Assembly: GCA_037444405.1 (NCBI GenBank) | Contig: JBBIML010000016.1 | Span: 1-64,000 of the forward strand | Reading direction: 5' to 3' | Source: Armatimonadota bacterium | Lineage (GTDB): Bacteria; Armatimonadota; Fimbriimonadia; Fimbriimonadales; GBS-DC | Length of the DNA stretch: 64,000 nucleotides | In this document: positions 35,444-45,384 of the stretch, piece after piece | Numbering within the stretch: the stretch's first letter is position 1 | Layout of the letters: every line of letters starts with the position of its first letter | Program-made: the position numbers and the translations under genes | Notes under the pieces: generated by a model | The model's database searches: none | What the model was told of the DNA's origin: nothing | The model's input: only the letters and a program-made list of their open reading frames with translations

Positions 35444-37226
35444 CTAACTGCTCAAACCGCTCAATATCGCGGCGAATCACATCGAAACTGCTGCGCCAGA
35501 AGGCGGGCGTGCGGATATCGAAGCCGAAAGCGCGAGCCAGATCGACCGCGGTCGCCATCCCCGTCTGCGAGAGCAGGTCATCATAGCGGGCGCGGAAGCC
35601 ATCAGGGTCGTCCTCATAGAGCGCGTACAGCCCCAGCCCGAACAGCAGCCCGAACATGTAGGGATAGTTATAGAAGGTGCTGCCGTAATAGTGGGGTTTC
35701 GCCGCCCACATATACGGATGCAGCGCATTCTCGTCCAGCCCATCGCCGTATGTCTCGCGCTGTGCCTCCCGCATCAGTTCGCACAGCTCCTGCACGCTCA
35801 GCTCGCGCTGCTCCCGCCGTTCGAACACCGCCTTCTCGAACAGAAAGCGGCTCGTGATGTCAACCACCACCTGACACATGCCCTGCAGAGCGCCTTCCAG
35901 AATGGCGATGCGCTCCTCGGGGTCAGCATCGCGCAATGCCGCCTGACGGATAATCGTCTCGCAGAAGATGCTGGCAGTCTCGGCAAGCGTCATGGGCAAC
36001 TGGCGCTGCATATAGGTGCGCGGCGCCAGGCACAGGTTATGATAGGCGTGCCCCAGCTCGTGTGCGAGGGTGCTGACCGCGCCGAAGGCAGGCTTGTAGT
36101 TCACCAGGATGCGCGATTCGTCGCGGCGCAGGCGCATGCAGAAACCGCCGTCGCGCTTGCCGGGGCGCGGCTCGGCGTCGATCCAGTTCTCACGGAACGC
36201 CCGCGCCGCAAACGCGCTCAACTTATCGGAATAGGTGGCGAAATGCTCAATAATAAACTGCGTCGCTTCGGCGTAGTCCCACGCGCGCGGCTCCTTGCCG
36301 ACAGGGGCGAACAGGTCGTACCACGCGCACCGCTCGATGCCCAGCAGCCGCGCTTTGGCGTGCAGGTAGCGGCGGAAGTCGGGGAACGCCTCGTACGCGG
36401 CGGTGAACATCGCCTCCAGCGTCGCCTCGTCGATGGCGCTGCGAAAGAGCGATTCCTCCAGCGGGGACGCCCAGCCGCGCTTGCGGGTCAGCAGAAGGGT
36501 CTCGCCCTTGATGCTGTTGAGCGCGCTGGCGATGGGCAGAGCGTGCTGCTCCCACGCGCGCAGCTCGGCTTCATAGGCGGTGCGCCGCACCTCGCGGTCT
36601 GCATCAAACGCCAGATTGCGCACCATGCTGATGGGCATCGTCTGCCGCTCGCCCCGCAGTTCAATCTCCACCAGAATCTGCGAGGTGAGGTTGCCGTAGA
36701 GCTTGCTCCATGCGTTGCTGCCGGTGAGGCGCATCTCGGCGGCGAGCGCCTCTTCAGCAGGCGACATCATATGCTGGGCGGCAATCTGGCAGCGACGCAG
36801 CCAGTAGGCATGCGCCCGCGCCTGCTCGGAACGCTCGATGAGCGCGTCCACATCCTGTGTGCCCGCCCAGGCGACCCAGCGCGTGCCCAGCTTCGACAGG
36901 CGCACCATCTGCTTCTCCATCTCGCTCAAGCGCGCCTGCGCAAACTCATCCCGCGAATCGGTCGTTACAAAACTGTAGATATAGGCGTTCAGCGTCCACG
37001 CCTGCTCGTTCAGCGCGTTATAGCGCGGGGTCAGCGCATCAAACAGTTGCACCGCCACCTCCGGCGGCAGCGGCTGCTCCATCCGATCGATGCGGGCTTC
37101 ATCAAACAGCCCCTCCAGCTCGTCAATCGCGCGGGCAAAGGCGCGAAAATCGCGCTCAAACTCTGGCGAATCGAGCCCCGCATACACAACGCTCATATCC
37201 CAGCGCGGCAAAGTGGTCGTTGCCAT
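35412..37226 (-). CDS. pepF: M3B oligoendopeptidase F family
   Basis: PRWD, WID..PR.GKRDGGFC, TLAHELGHAYH, LAETAS, FYNYPY. Confidence 0.92.
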   Translation of the reverse strand: MATTTLPRWDMSVVYAGLDSPEFERDFRAFARAIDELEGLFDEARIDRMEQPLPPEVAVQLFDALTPRYNALNEQAWTLNAYIYSFVTTDSRDEFAQARLSEMEKQMVRLSKLGTRWVAWAGTQDVDALIERSEQARAHAYWLRRCQIAAQHMMSPAEEALAAEMRLTGSNAWSKLYGNLTSQILVEIELRGERQTMPISMVRNLAFDADREVRRTAYEAELRAWEQHALPIASALNSIKGETLLLTRKRGWASPLEESLFRSAIDEATLEAMFTAAYEAFPDFRRYLHAKARLLGIERCAWYDLFAPVGKEPRAWDYAEATQFIIEHFATYSDKLSAFAARAFRENWIDAEPRPGKRDGGFCMRLRRDESRILVNYKPAFGAVSTLAHELGHAYHNLCLAPRTYMQRQLPMTLAETASIFCETIIRQAALRDADPEERIAILEGALQGMCQVVVDITSRFLFEKAVFERREQRELSVQELCELMREAQRETYGDGLDENALHPYMWAAKPHYYGSTFYNYPYMFGLLFGLGLYALYEDDPDGFRARYDDLLSQTGMATAVDLARAFGFDIRTPAFWRSSFDVIRRDIERFEQLAMPAAGRAGD

Positions 37227-37279
37227 CTCTCTCCTCCACAGGGCAGAGTGTACCCCGTAGCGGGTATCATAGAGAGGCT

Positions 37280-38320
37280 ATGAAGGCGGTTCGCATTCAT
37301 GAGTTCGGCACGGCAGAGAAGCTGGTCTACGAGACTGATGTGCCCGACCCCGTTCCACAGAAAGGCAAGGTGCTGGTGCGGGTACGCGCCTGTGCGCTCA
37401 ATCATTTAGACCTGTGGGTGCGCAACGGCATTCCCGCCTACAACACGCCTCTGCCCCACATCCTGGGCAGCGATATTGCTGGCGAGGTCGTGGAGGTGGG
37501 CGAAGGCGTCAAAGAGTGGCGCCGGGGCGACCTGGTGGTGCTGTATCCGATTCTGAGCTGCGGGCAGTGCCGCTATTGCCGCATGGGTCGGGAGAACCTC
37601 TGTCTGGAGGTGCAGGTGATCGGGGCGCATCGGGACGGCGGCTACGCCGAGTATATCGCGGTGCCCGCGCGCAATCTTTTGCCGAAGCCCACCACGCTCA
37701 GCTTTGTAGAAGCGGCAGCGGTGCCTCTGGTGTTTCTGACCGCATGGCACATGCTCATCCATCGGGCGCGATTGCAACCGGGCGAGTGGGCGCTGATCAT
37801 GGGTGGCAGCAGCGGCGTGGGCAGCGCCGCCATCCAGATTGCCAAACTGCGCGGCGCACTCGTCGTCGCCACCGCTGGCAGCGAGGCGAAGATGCAGCGC
37901 GCCCTGGAGCTGGGCGCCGACGCCGTGGTGAACCATAACGACCCCGAATGGTGGCGCGCGGTGAAAGAGAAGACCGAAGGCGAGGGCATCGATGTGGTAT
38001 TCGAGCATATCGGGCAGGCGGTGTTCGACTCATGCGTGCGCCTGCTCAACAAAGGCGGGCGGCTCGTCACCTGCGGCGCCACCACTGGTCAGACAGGGCA
38101 GTTCGACATCCGCTACCTGTTCAGCCGTGAGCTGGAAATTTACGGCGCCTATCTGGGCACCCGCGCGGAACTGGCGAAGCTCCTGCCCTATGTGGAGAAG
38201 GGGCAGCTCAAGCCAGTGGTGGACAGCGTGTTCCCGCTTGCTCAAGCCCGCGCCGCCCACGAAAAACTCGAAAGCCGCGACTTCTTCGGCAAAATCGTGC
38301 TGACCATTGACGAGGCATAA
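37280..38320 (+). CDS. Zinc-binding alcohol dehydrogenase / quinone oxidoreductase (MDR family)
   Basis: MKAVRIHEFG, LNHLD, CGQCRYC...C, GGSSGVG, FGKIVL. Confidence 0.92.
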   Translation: MKAVRIHEFGTAEKLVYETDVPDPVPQKGKVLVRVRACALNHLDLWVRNGIPAYNTPLPHILGSDIAGEVVEVGEGVKEWRRGDLVVLYPILSCGQCRYCRMGRENLCLEVQVIGAHRDGGYAEYIAVPARNLLPKPTTLSFVEAAAVPLVFLTAWHMLIHRARLQPGEWALIMGGSSGVGSAAIQIAKLRGALVVATAGSEAKMQRALELGADAVVNHNDPEWWRAVKEKTEGEGIDVVFEHIGQAVFDSCVRLLNKGGRLVTCGATTGQTGQFDIRYLFSRELEIYGAYLGTRAELAKLLPYVEKGQLKPVVDSVFPLAQARAAHEKLESRDFFGKIVLTIDEA

Positions 38321-38413
38321 GAAAATCAAAAAGCGAGAAGAATCTATTGCCTGCCCTCCAGAAGGCAGGAGTGATGCATCGAATAATGAATATTTAGAGG
38401 GGAGGAGAATCGG

Positions 38414-38917
38414 ATGGAACAGCAGGGTTCACCGATGGAGCAGCAGGAGTCCCAGCTTGAACTGCAGAAAGCGGCTCTTGCCCAGGCGGGTTCTGCGGGC
38501 GCCAGCTGGTTCTACTGGATCGGTGGGTTGTCGCTGGTCAACACCGCAATCGCCTTATTTGGAGGCACAGTCCGCTTCGTGTTTGGGTTGGGCATCACCG
38601 ACCTGATCAGTTCACTGGCTGCCTATGCGCGACAGGAGCAGGCGGATGTCGCCGAGCCGCTCAGCTGGGTTGCGGTGGTGACCACGGTCATCGCTGCAGC
38701 GGTGCTGGCGCTGTTCGGCTGGCTCTCCCAGAGACGGCTGTTGTGGGCTTACGCCATCGGCATGGCACTCTATCTGGGCGATGGAATCCTGTGCCTTATT
38801 TTTCAGGATTACCTCGCAGTAGCGGTCCATGCCATTGCACTGTTCCTGCTCTTTCGCGGCTTTTTAGCCTACACGCAGCTGGCGCGACTGGAGCAGACAG
38901 GTGGCAGCCTCTCATAG
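38414..38917 (+). CDS. Hypothetical membrane protein
   Basis: About 4-5 TM helices, GASWFYWIGGLSLVN, GGAG RBS. Confidence 0.7.
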   Translation: MEQQGSPMEQQESQLELQKAALAQAGSAGASWFYWIGGLSLVNTAIALFGGTVRFVFGLGITDLISSLAAYARQEQADVAEPLSWVAVVTTVIAAAVLALFGWLSQRRLLWAYAIGMALYLGDGILCLIFQDYLAVAVHAIALFLLFRGFLAYTQLARLEQTGGSLS

Positions 38918-38928
38918 CGACCGCTGTT

Positions 38929-40083
38929 TCAGAGTGGACGCCAGTATAAATCGCGCGTCTCCACAATCGTGAACGGGTCGTGGCACTGAATGGCGATGTG
39001 CCCCTCCCGAAACTCGCGGTCGCGCACATCCACTACCTTCTGCCCGTTCACAAAAATCTGGATATGCTCCCCCTTCGCCACGATGCGCATCGAAAACCAC
39101 GCCTCATCGCGGGTGAGCAGCCGGCTGGCGCGTGCCTGATGATAGAGTGAACCCGTGAAAGGCTGATTCTCAATGTGGTTGAACACCTGCGCCTCGTAGC
39201 CCACGGGCCAGCTGTCGCGATTCGTAGGGTTCGGCTTCGCGCGGAAATAGATGCCGTTATTCGGCTTGAACTGCTCTGGTCGGAAGGAGCGAATGCGAAT
39301 CATCGCGCGAAGCTCAAAATCGCGGAAGGTCTTCTCGGTGAACAGGTGTCCCATCCCACCCTGTCCGATCAGCACGCCGTCTTTGACCTCCCAGCGTGCC
39401 CAGCCCGTTGCAAACCAGCCCGTGAGGTCTTTGCCATTGAACAGCGGTTGCCAGCCCTCGTCGCACTCGCCGGGCTTGAGCGGCTTGATGCGGATATTGC
39501 GAAAGCGCACCGTCACGCCCGGATGGTGCTGTTGAAAGCCGATCACGCCTCTGGAGAACTCGTGCAGGTCGGCGTCCTGCACCATCTCGCCGTTGATGCT
39601 GACCTGAATACGGCTGCCGCAGGCGCGAATCTCGAAGCGGTTCCACTGCTTTTCGGGCGCGATCTCGCGCATGCGTTCCAGATGGGTGGGCACGCGCCCG
39701 TAGATGCTGCCTGTGGGGTTATTGGGGTCCTGCAGGCTAATCTGAATCTCATAGCCATCGACCCACGGGGTGGCTGTGCGCTGGGCGCGAATGAAGATGC
39801 CGCTGTTCGATTCGTGCGTGTCGCCTTTATCGATCCAGTATTCGCCGCGCAGGATGAAGTTATCATACTCAGCCTCGGTGCCGATCCAGCCGGCGCTCTG
39901 GCTGGGTCCGACCAGCTCGCCATTCTCCACACGCCAGTCGGGTCCGGCGTACACCTTCCAGCCCGTGAGGTCTTTGCCGTTGAACAGGAGACGAAAGCCC
40001 TCGCGCCGTTCCGCACGGCTGAGCTGTGCCGAAGCCAGATTCAGCGCAACCATCAAACCGAGCAGACCGATAACGATTCGCAT
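38929..40083 (-). CDS. Secreted tandem DUF1080 (3-keto-disaccharide hydrolase-like) protein
   Basis: Signal peptide and two copies of LFNGKDLTGW...N(S/N)GI...GYE.Q...G.I..Q.H. Confidence 0.9.
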   Translation of the reverse strand: MRIVIGLLGLMVALNLASAQLSRAERREGFRLLFNGKDLTGWKVYAGPDWRVENGELVGPSQSAGWIGTEAEYDNFILRGEYWIDKGDTHESNSGIFIRAQRTATPWVDGYEIQISLQDPNNPTGSIYGRVPTHLERMREIAPEKQWNRFEIRACGSRIQVSINGEMVQDADLHEFSRGVIGFQQHHPGVTVRFRNIRIKPLKPGECDEGWQPLFNGKDLTGWFATGWARWEVKDGVLIGQGGMGHLFTEKTFRDFELRAMIRIRSFRPEQFKPNNGIYFRAKPNPTNRDSWPVGYEAQVFNHIENQPFTGSLYHQARASRLLTRDEAWFSMRIVAKGEHIQIFVNGQKVVDVRDREFREGHIAIQCHDPFTIVETRDLYWRPL

Positions 40084-40107
40084 GGCAGGCGTATTATTAT
40101 CACCTAT

Positions 40108-40224
40108 CGCCTCGATTCCTGCCAGACGCGCCACATGAAGCGGGGCAGGTTGCGCACTTTGGCGATTTTGCGCGGGTCCTGCAGCAGCCGCCAGAGCCAT
40201 TCCAGCTCACAGCGCTGCATCCAG
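40108..40224. repeat. Direct repeat: copy of the 3' end of the WecB/TagA-family gene (partner at 42006-42122)
   Basis: 99 bp identical (40108-40206 = 42006-42104), extending to 117 bp with 4 mismatches. Confidence 0.95.
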
Positions 40225-40283
40225 AAATGCACAATGGCGCAAATATATGCACGAGTCGTTATCTCGTAACGACTCGTCGTTAA

Positions 40284-41981
40284 TTACGCACGGAGTTCAT
40301 ACCAGGCGCCCTTCTTCTGCCCATGTCGGACAAGTTTGCCGCTTTTCACCAATCGCTGCAGAAGTCGGTAGGCTTGAGGTAAGGAAAGCTGGCACAATTC
40401 TGCCGCTTCCGATCGGGTAATGCGCCCATATTTTTGCACATACTGTAAGATCATTTGCTCTTGTTGCAGCGGTTCAAAACCGCGCTGGCGGACATAAGCG
40501 GAGGGAATGCCCAGGCGCCGATAGGTCGCTGCTGAAAGGTGATAGGCGCGCCCTTTGCGCTCACCTCGTCCTTCCAGCAGTCCCGCTTCCACTAACCGCT
40601 CCAGCACAGCGCGGGCGTCGGTTTCGGGCTTTTGAAGAATCCGGGCTGCCTGCGCCGCTGTGATGCTCCGTTCCTGCCAGAGGGCGTTAAGGAGCAGCAG
40701 TTCGTCCAGCCTCAGAGGGCGACCCGCCTGGTTTTCCTCCACCACCAGCCGCACAAAAGCCAGATTCGCTTGCCCACCAGGCAAAATCAGGATAACATCC
40801 GTTGGGGTACTCCGCTCATACGAGGGTGCGGGACGCCCGTTGCGGAGTTGCTCGGTAAAGAGAATATCGATGCCCCGCCCTGTTCGCTCCACCACGCCCG
40901 CGCGTTTGAAAGCGTCTGCCAGAAGAGGGTTGCGGGGACGGGGTGGAGTGACCAGAATGTTGCCCAGATGAACCCCTTCAGGGAAGCCGCCAGGGTTCGT
41001 AATCTCTATGCGGTCCTCATACCACTGGATGTGAACAGCCCCCAGACGGGTGTAGTCGCGATGGATTAGAGCGTTAGCAACGGCTTCCCGGAAGGCTCGC
41101 TCAGAATATTCAGGCACACCCACGCGCAAGAGACCCACCATAATCTCCTCCTCACGATAGCGGGCGCGGAAACGCTGGAGAACCTCCTCCATCACCCGCA
41201 ACAGGGGGTAGCGGAAAAAGTCGTTGACTTCTACCCGCTGTTCCCGCAGCACCTGAAAGGCGACTTCATGAGTGGGCAGGAAATGGCGCAACGCCGCTTC
41301 TTTGCCAAACAGCAACAGTCCCAGCACACGAATGCGCGTGATAGCATGGTTGGCTTCTACGGCTCCCAGCGCTTTCGCCAGCTCCTCGTCGGGAAGTTCC
41401 AGAAGGGTCTCATCACCCTGTCCCCGACTTTCGCGCACGAACCGCCGAAATCGCTCCAGTTCCAGTGGGTCCAGGTCGTGCCAGGTGGCGCCATCCACGA
41501 TGGCGGTGGAGTAATCCAGAAGCCCGCGTGACGCTTGCAAAGACTGCATTTCGTGGAAACGCATGGGAATGCACTCCGGCATACCGCGCCCGCCGATAGC
41601 ACGCCGCAGATAAACCCCATCGGTCGTGCCCACTGGCGTTCGAATCGGCGGAACCTCAATGGCGATAATCTCCACGCCCTCTGGCTGCAGAGGCACCACA
41701 TGCACCTGCACCGTGAGGGAGGGGCTGGTTCGGTTCGCAATAAGCGCCTGCAGGCGGAGTGGATCCGTCGTCGCACCATGGCGGGGGCGGGCGCCCGTGG
41801 GTTGCCCATCATCTTCGACGCCAATCAAAACCCAGCCGCTGTGGAGGCTGGAGCGATTCGCCATGCAGACGACCAGTCGCACGATTTCATCGTCTGACAG
41901 CTGGCGCTGTTTCTCGCTCTTGAACTCCACATCCAGGTTTTCGCCCTGCTGAATGAGTTGACGAAGCCGCTGGGGACTCAT
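40284..41981 (-). CDS. AlbA_2 (Schlafen-like) + HATPase_c_4 + HTH protein (RecG-like transcriptional regulator family)
   Basis: GENLDVEFKS, MAN..G..LIGVEDDG, FREAVANALIHRDY, NPGG, RNPLLA, ERTGRGI and C-terminal wHTH domains. Confidence 0.9.
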   Translation of the reverse strand: MSPQRLRQLIQQGENLDVEFKSEKQRQLSDDEIVRLVVCMANRSSLHSGWVLIGVEDDGQPTGARPRHGATTDPLRLQALIANRTSPSLTVQVHVVPLQPEGVEIIAIEVPPIRTPVGTTDGVYLRRAIGGRGMPECIPMRFHEMQSLQASRGLLDYSTAIVDGATWHDLDPLELERFRRFVRESRGQGDETLLELPDEELAKALGAVEANHAITRIRVLGLLLFGKEAALRHFLPTHEVAFQVLREQRVEVNDFFRYPLLRVMEEVLQRFRARYREEEIMVGLLRVGVPEYSERAFREAVANALIHRDYTRLGAVHIQWYEDRIEITNPGGFPEGVHLGNILVTPPRPRNPLLADAFKRAGVVERTGRGIDILFTEQLRNGRPAPSYERSTPTDVILILPGGQANLAFVRLVVEENQAGRPLRLDELLLLNALWQERSITAAQAARILQKPETDARAVLERLVEAGLLEGRGERKGRAYHLSAATYRRLGIPSAYVRQRGFEPLQQEQMILQYVQKYGRITRSEAAELCQLSLPQAYRLLQRLVKSGKLVRHGQKKGAWYELRA

Positions 41982-42001
41982 CGCCGTTGCTCCTGATAAT
42001 A

Positions 42002-42763
42002 TCAACGCCTCGATTCCTGCCAGACGCGCCACATGAAGCGGGGCAGGTTGCGCACTTTGGCGATTTTGCGCGGGTCCTGCAGCAGCCGCCAGAGCCATTC
42101 CAGCCCGTAACGCTGCATCCAGCGGGGCGCACGCCTCACCACGCCTGCGTACACATCGAAGCTGCCGCCCACACCGACCGACACGGGCACGCCCAGCTGG
42201 TCTTTGTGGCGGGCAATCCATTTCTCCTGACGCGGCATGCCCATCCCGACCAGCAGCACATCGGGCTGGGCGGCGCGGATGCGGGTCAGAACCTCAGGCT
42301 CCTGTTCGGGCGTGAAGTAGCCGTGATCCGCGCCCACAATCCGGGCGCCGGGGAAGCGTTGAAGCAGGTTCTGGGCGGCGCGCTGTGCCACGCCTGGTGC
42401 CGCGCCCACAAAGTAGAGCCGATAGCCCCGTTCGTGGCTGAGCTGAGTAAGTCGCGCCACCAGCTCCACGCCCGGCACGCGCTCCGGGAAAGGTGTCCCG
42501 CGCCGCCGCGCCGCCCACAGCAAGCCAAACCCGTCGGGCGTAACCAGATCCGCTGTCGCCAGCAGGTGCCGAAACTCGCTATCGTCCTGTGCCAGCACCA
42601 GCGCGTTCGCATCGGCGGTAATCACCATGCGGGGGGTACGCTCGCGAATCCAGCCCTCGATGCAATCGAGGGTCTCCTGCATCCCCACCCGATGCACGCG
42701 CACGCCCAGAATGGTGACCGCTAACAGGGTGGCGCGCCCTGCCTCCGTCAGCGTGCCCTCCAT
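42002..42763 (-). CDS. WecB/TagA/CpsF-family glycosyltransferase
   Basis: PDGFG, RVPGVEL, HGYF, VGMGMPRQEKW, GVGGSFDV, LEWLWRL. Confidence 0.93.
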   Translation of the reverse strand: MEGTLTEAGRATLLAVTILGVRVHRVGMQETLDCIEGWIRERTPRMVITADANALVLAQDDSEFRHLLATADLVTPDGFGLLWAARRRGTPFPERVPGVELVARLTQLSHERGYRLYFVGAAPGVAQRAAQNLLQRFPGARIVGADHGYFTPEQEPEVLTRIRAAQPDVLLVGMGMPRQEKWIARHKDQLGVPVSVGVGGSFDVYAGVVRRAPRWMQRYGLEWLWRLLQDPRKIAKVRNLPRFMWRVWQESRR

Positions 42764-42804
42764 GCCACCCCAGAGCATACCCGAAAACGGGTAGAATCGG
42801 GGCT

Positions 42805-45378
42805 GTGAGCGCGAGGGTTGCCGCGGGAGTGAAGCCGACGCCAGAGGAGATGGGCGCATGGCTGCTGACAGAGCGCACGCGCCTGATCGAACGCCTCTGG
42901 GAGCAGAATGATGAGAACGCCTTCGCCCGCGAATACACCGCGCTCATCGATTCGGCTTTACAGGCGCTCTATCAGTGGGCGTACGAACAGGCGGCGCAGG
43001 AGGTCGCCCTGATCCCTGACCAGTCGCTCGCCATCTTCGCCACCGGCGGCTACGGACGCGCCGACCTCGCCCCCTGCTCCGATATTGACCTCACCTTCGT
43101 CCCGTTGCACGAGAACGAGCCGTTCACCGAGCGGCTGGTGAAGCACCTGTTTCAGGCGTTGATGAATGTGTTGCACACGCAGGCGCGGCTCAGGGTCGGC
43201 TACGCCTATCGGCTGATGGACGACTGCCCCACGCTGGACGACAAGACGCGCACGGGTCTGCACGAAAAGCGGCTGGTGGCGGGCAGCAGCGCGGTTGCCG
43301 AGCAGTTCGAGACGCGATTCTGGCACACGCTGGACCCGACAGGCTTCATGCTGGAGCGCTATCAGGAGTATCGGGCGCGCTGGGCGAAGCAGGGCGAGGG
43401 CGTGCTGCGCATGGAGCCGAACCTGAAGGAGGGGCGCGGCGGCTTGCGCGACCGCCACACGCTCAACTGGCTCGCACAGGTGCGCTACGGCGTACCCTCC
43501 CACGCCGTGCTGGCGACCCTGACCGCCGAAGGCGTTCTCAGCTCGACGGAAGCCGAAGCGCTGGAGCGGGCAACGCGCACGCTCGCGCGCGTGCGTGCAT
43601 GGCTGCACGCCATCACGGGCGAGGCGCGCGACATCCTCACACGGAGCCGTCAAGCTGAAATCGCCGAACGGCTGGGTCTCGAAGCGAGCGCGTTCACCCG
43701 CATGGTGATGGACGCGCTGGCGACGCACGCCCGCCTCACTCGCCGCGCCGTTGAACAGCTCATCCGCTCGCCGCTCGTGCTGGGGCTGGGGCTGGACAGC
43801 GTGAACCTGCAGATTGAGCCTGCACCCGCGCTGGAGCGCGAATCGCCCGAATGGTGCCTGTGGGTGTTCCGACTGGCGCAAAAGTATCGCCTCGCGCTCA
43901 GCCCGCAGATTGAGGCGCGGATTGAAGCCGTGCTGCGCGATTCGCCGCGCCCGCCTGACCCGCGCGAGGTCGGGCAGTGCCTGCGCGAGATTCTGAGCCA
44001 GCCCGGCGAGGTGTATCGCGTGCTGGAGCCGATGGCGCGACTGGGCGTGCTGGGCTGGGCGCTGCCCGCCTTCAAAGCGGTGATGAGCCTGCCCGCAGGC
44101 GACCCCACCCACGAGTTCACCGTCGGCGAGCATACCCTGCAGGCGATCCGAATACTGGACAGCTTCGCGCAGAACCCATCGGAGCCGCCGTCGCCCCTAA
44201 CGCTCATCCTGAGCCAGTTGCCGCGCCCGGAGGTGCTCTACCTCGCGCTGCTGCTGCACGATGTGGGCAAGCAGGACGGCACGCGCCCCCATTCAGAATC
44301 GGGCGGCGAAATCGCCCGCGAGACCGCCCTGCAGCTGGGCTGGGACGAACATGCCGCCGATATCGAGTTTCTGGTGCGCCACCACCTGCTGATGGCGCAG
44401 ACCGCTCGCCAGCGCGATCTGCACCTGCCCGAAACGATTCGCGACTTCACCCGCATCGTGAACGACCCCGAACGGCTGCAGATGCTCTACCTGCTCACCT
44501 GCGCCGACACGCAGGCGGTCGGCGAGCGTATCTGGACGCCCGCGCAGGCGGCGTTCCTGCAGGAACTCTATCGGCGGGCGATGCGCGCCCTTGAGGAGGG
44601 CGAGCCAGTCGCCGCGCCGAACCTCACCGCTCTGCGCAAACGGCTCCAGCGCGAGCTGTCGCGCCATCCGCTGCCACCCGAACTCATCGACCAGCACATC
44701 CAGCAGATGCCCTCCGCCTACCTGCTCAACACCCCCACCGAGCAGATTATGCTGCACATCCGCTACATCCAGCGCGTGCGCGAAGGCAAGGGACCCGTGA
44801 TCGAGTTCCATCAGGCGCAGGGGTCGCCCTACACCGAGCTGACCATCTGCACCTTCGATGACCCGCAGCCAGGTCTGTTGAGCAAAATAGCGGGCGTGCT
44901 ATACGCGCTGGACGCGGAGGTGAGCGCGGCGCGGGTGCTGACCCGCGAGGACGAGCCGCGCGTCGCGCTCGACACGCTCTGGATTACCATCCGCCATCGC
45001 CCCCTCTCGCCCAATCAGTGCGCCCTTGTAGAGAAAGCGCTGCGCCGCGTGCTGACAGGCGAGCAGTCGGTGAGCGACCTGTTGCGCGAGCATCAGAAAG
45101 ACCCCGAAAGCCAGCTGCGCGTGCGCCAGCTGCAGGTTCACGACGATGCGTCGGAGAGCTACACGGTGGTCGATATGCAGACGGAGCCGGACGCGGGCGC
45201 GCTCTATCGGGCGGCGTATCGCCTCTCGCGACTGGGCTGGAACATCCACAGCGCACGGCTGGGTCAGTGGGCAGGGCGCACCCTGCTCAGCTTCTACTGC
45301 ACCGACACGCAGGGACGCAAAATCCCACCCGAACAGTACGAACGCCTTCTCAAGCCCGCCTCTGCACCCGATTCCTGA
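42805..45378 (+). CDS. glnD: [Protein-PII] uridylyltransferase / uridylyl-removing enzyme
   Basis: GGYGR..LAPCSDIDL, EPNLKEGRGGLRD, H.FTVGEHT, LLHDVGK and two ACT domains. Confidence 0.9.
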   Translation: MSARVAAGVKPTPEEMGAWLLTERTRLIERLWEQNDENAFAREYTALIDSALQALYQWAYEQAAQEVALIPDQSLAIFATGGYGRADLAPCSDIDLTFVPLHENEPFTERLVKHLFQALMNVLHTQARLRVGYAYRLMDDCPTLDDKTRTGLHEKRLVAGSSAVAEQFETRFWHTLDPTGFMLERYQEYRARWAKQGEGVLRMEPNLKEGRGGLRDRHTLNWLAQVRYGVPSHAVLATLTAEGVLSSTEAEALERATRTLARVRAWLHAITGEARDILTRSRQAEIAERLGLEASAFTRMVMDALATHARLTRRAVEQLIRSPLVLGLGLDSVNLQIEPAPALERESPEWCLWVFRLAQKYRLALSPQIEARIEAVLRDSPRPPDPREVGQCLREILSQPGEVYRVLEPMARLGVLGWALPAFKAVMSLPAGDPTHEFTVGEHTLQAIRILDSFAQNPSEPPSPLTLILSQLPRPEVLYLALLLHDVGKQDGTRPHSESGGEIARETALQLGWDEHAADIEFLVRHHLLMAQTARQRDLHLPETIRDFTRIVNDPERLQMLYLLTCADTQAVGERIWTPAQAAFLQELYRRAMRALEEGEPVAAPNLTALRKRLQRELSRHPLPPELIDQHIQQMPSAYLLNTPTEQIMLHIRYIQRVREGKGPVIEFHQAQGSPYTELTICTFDDPQPGLLSKIAGVLYALDAEVSAARVLTREDEPRVALDTLWITIRHRPLSPNQCALVEKALRRVLTGEQSVSDLLREHQKDPESQLRVRQLQVHDDASESYTVVDMQTEPDAGALYRAAYRLSRLGWNIHSARLGQWAGRTLLSFYCTDTQGRKIPPEQYERLLKPASAPDS

Positions 45379-45384
45379 TCCTGC

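Noticed and set aside
40084..42221. Shared N-terminal peptide MALAAAAGPAQNRQ... in ORFs 38929-40200 and 40284-42221
   Set aside because: It is an out-of-frame translation of the duplicated glycosyltransferase 3' end. The real starts are 40083 and 41981.
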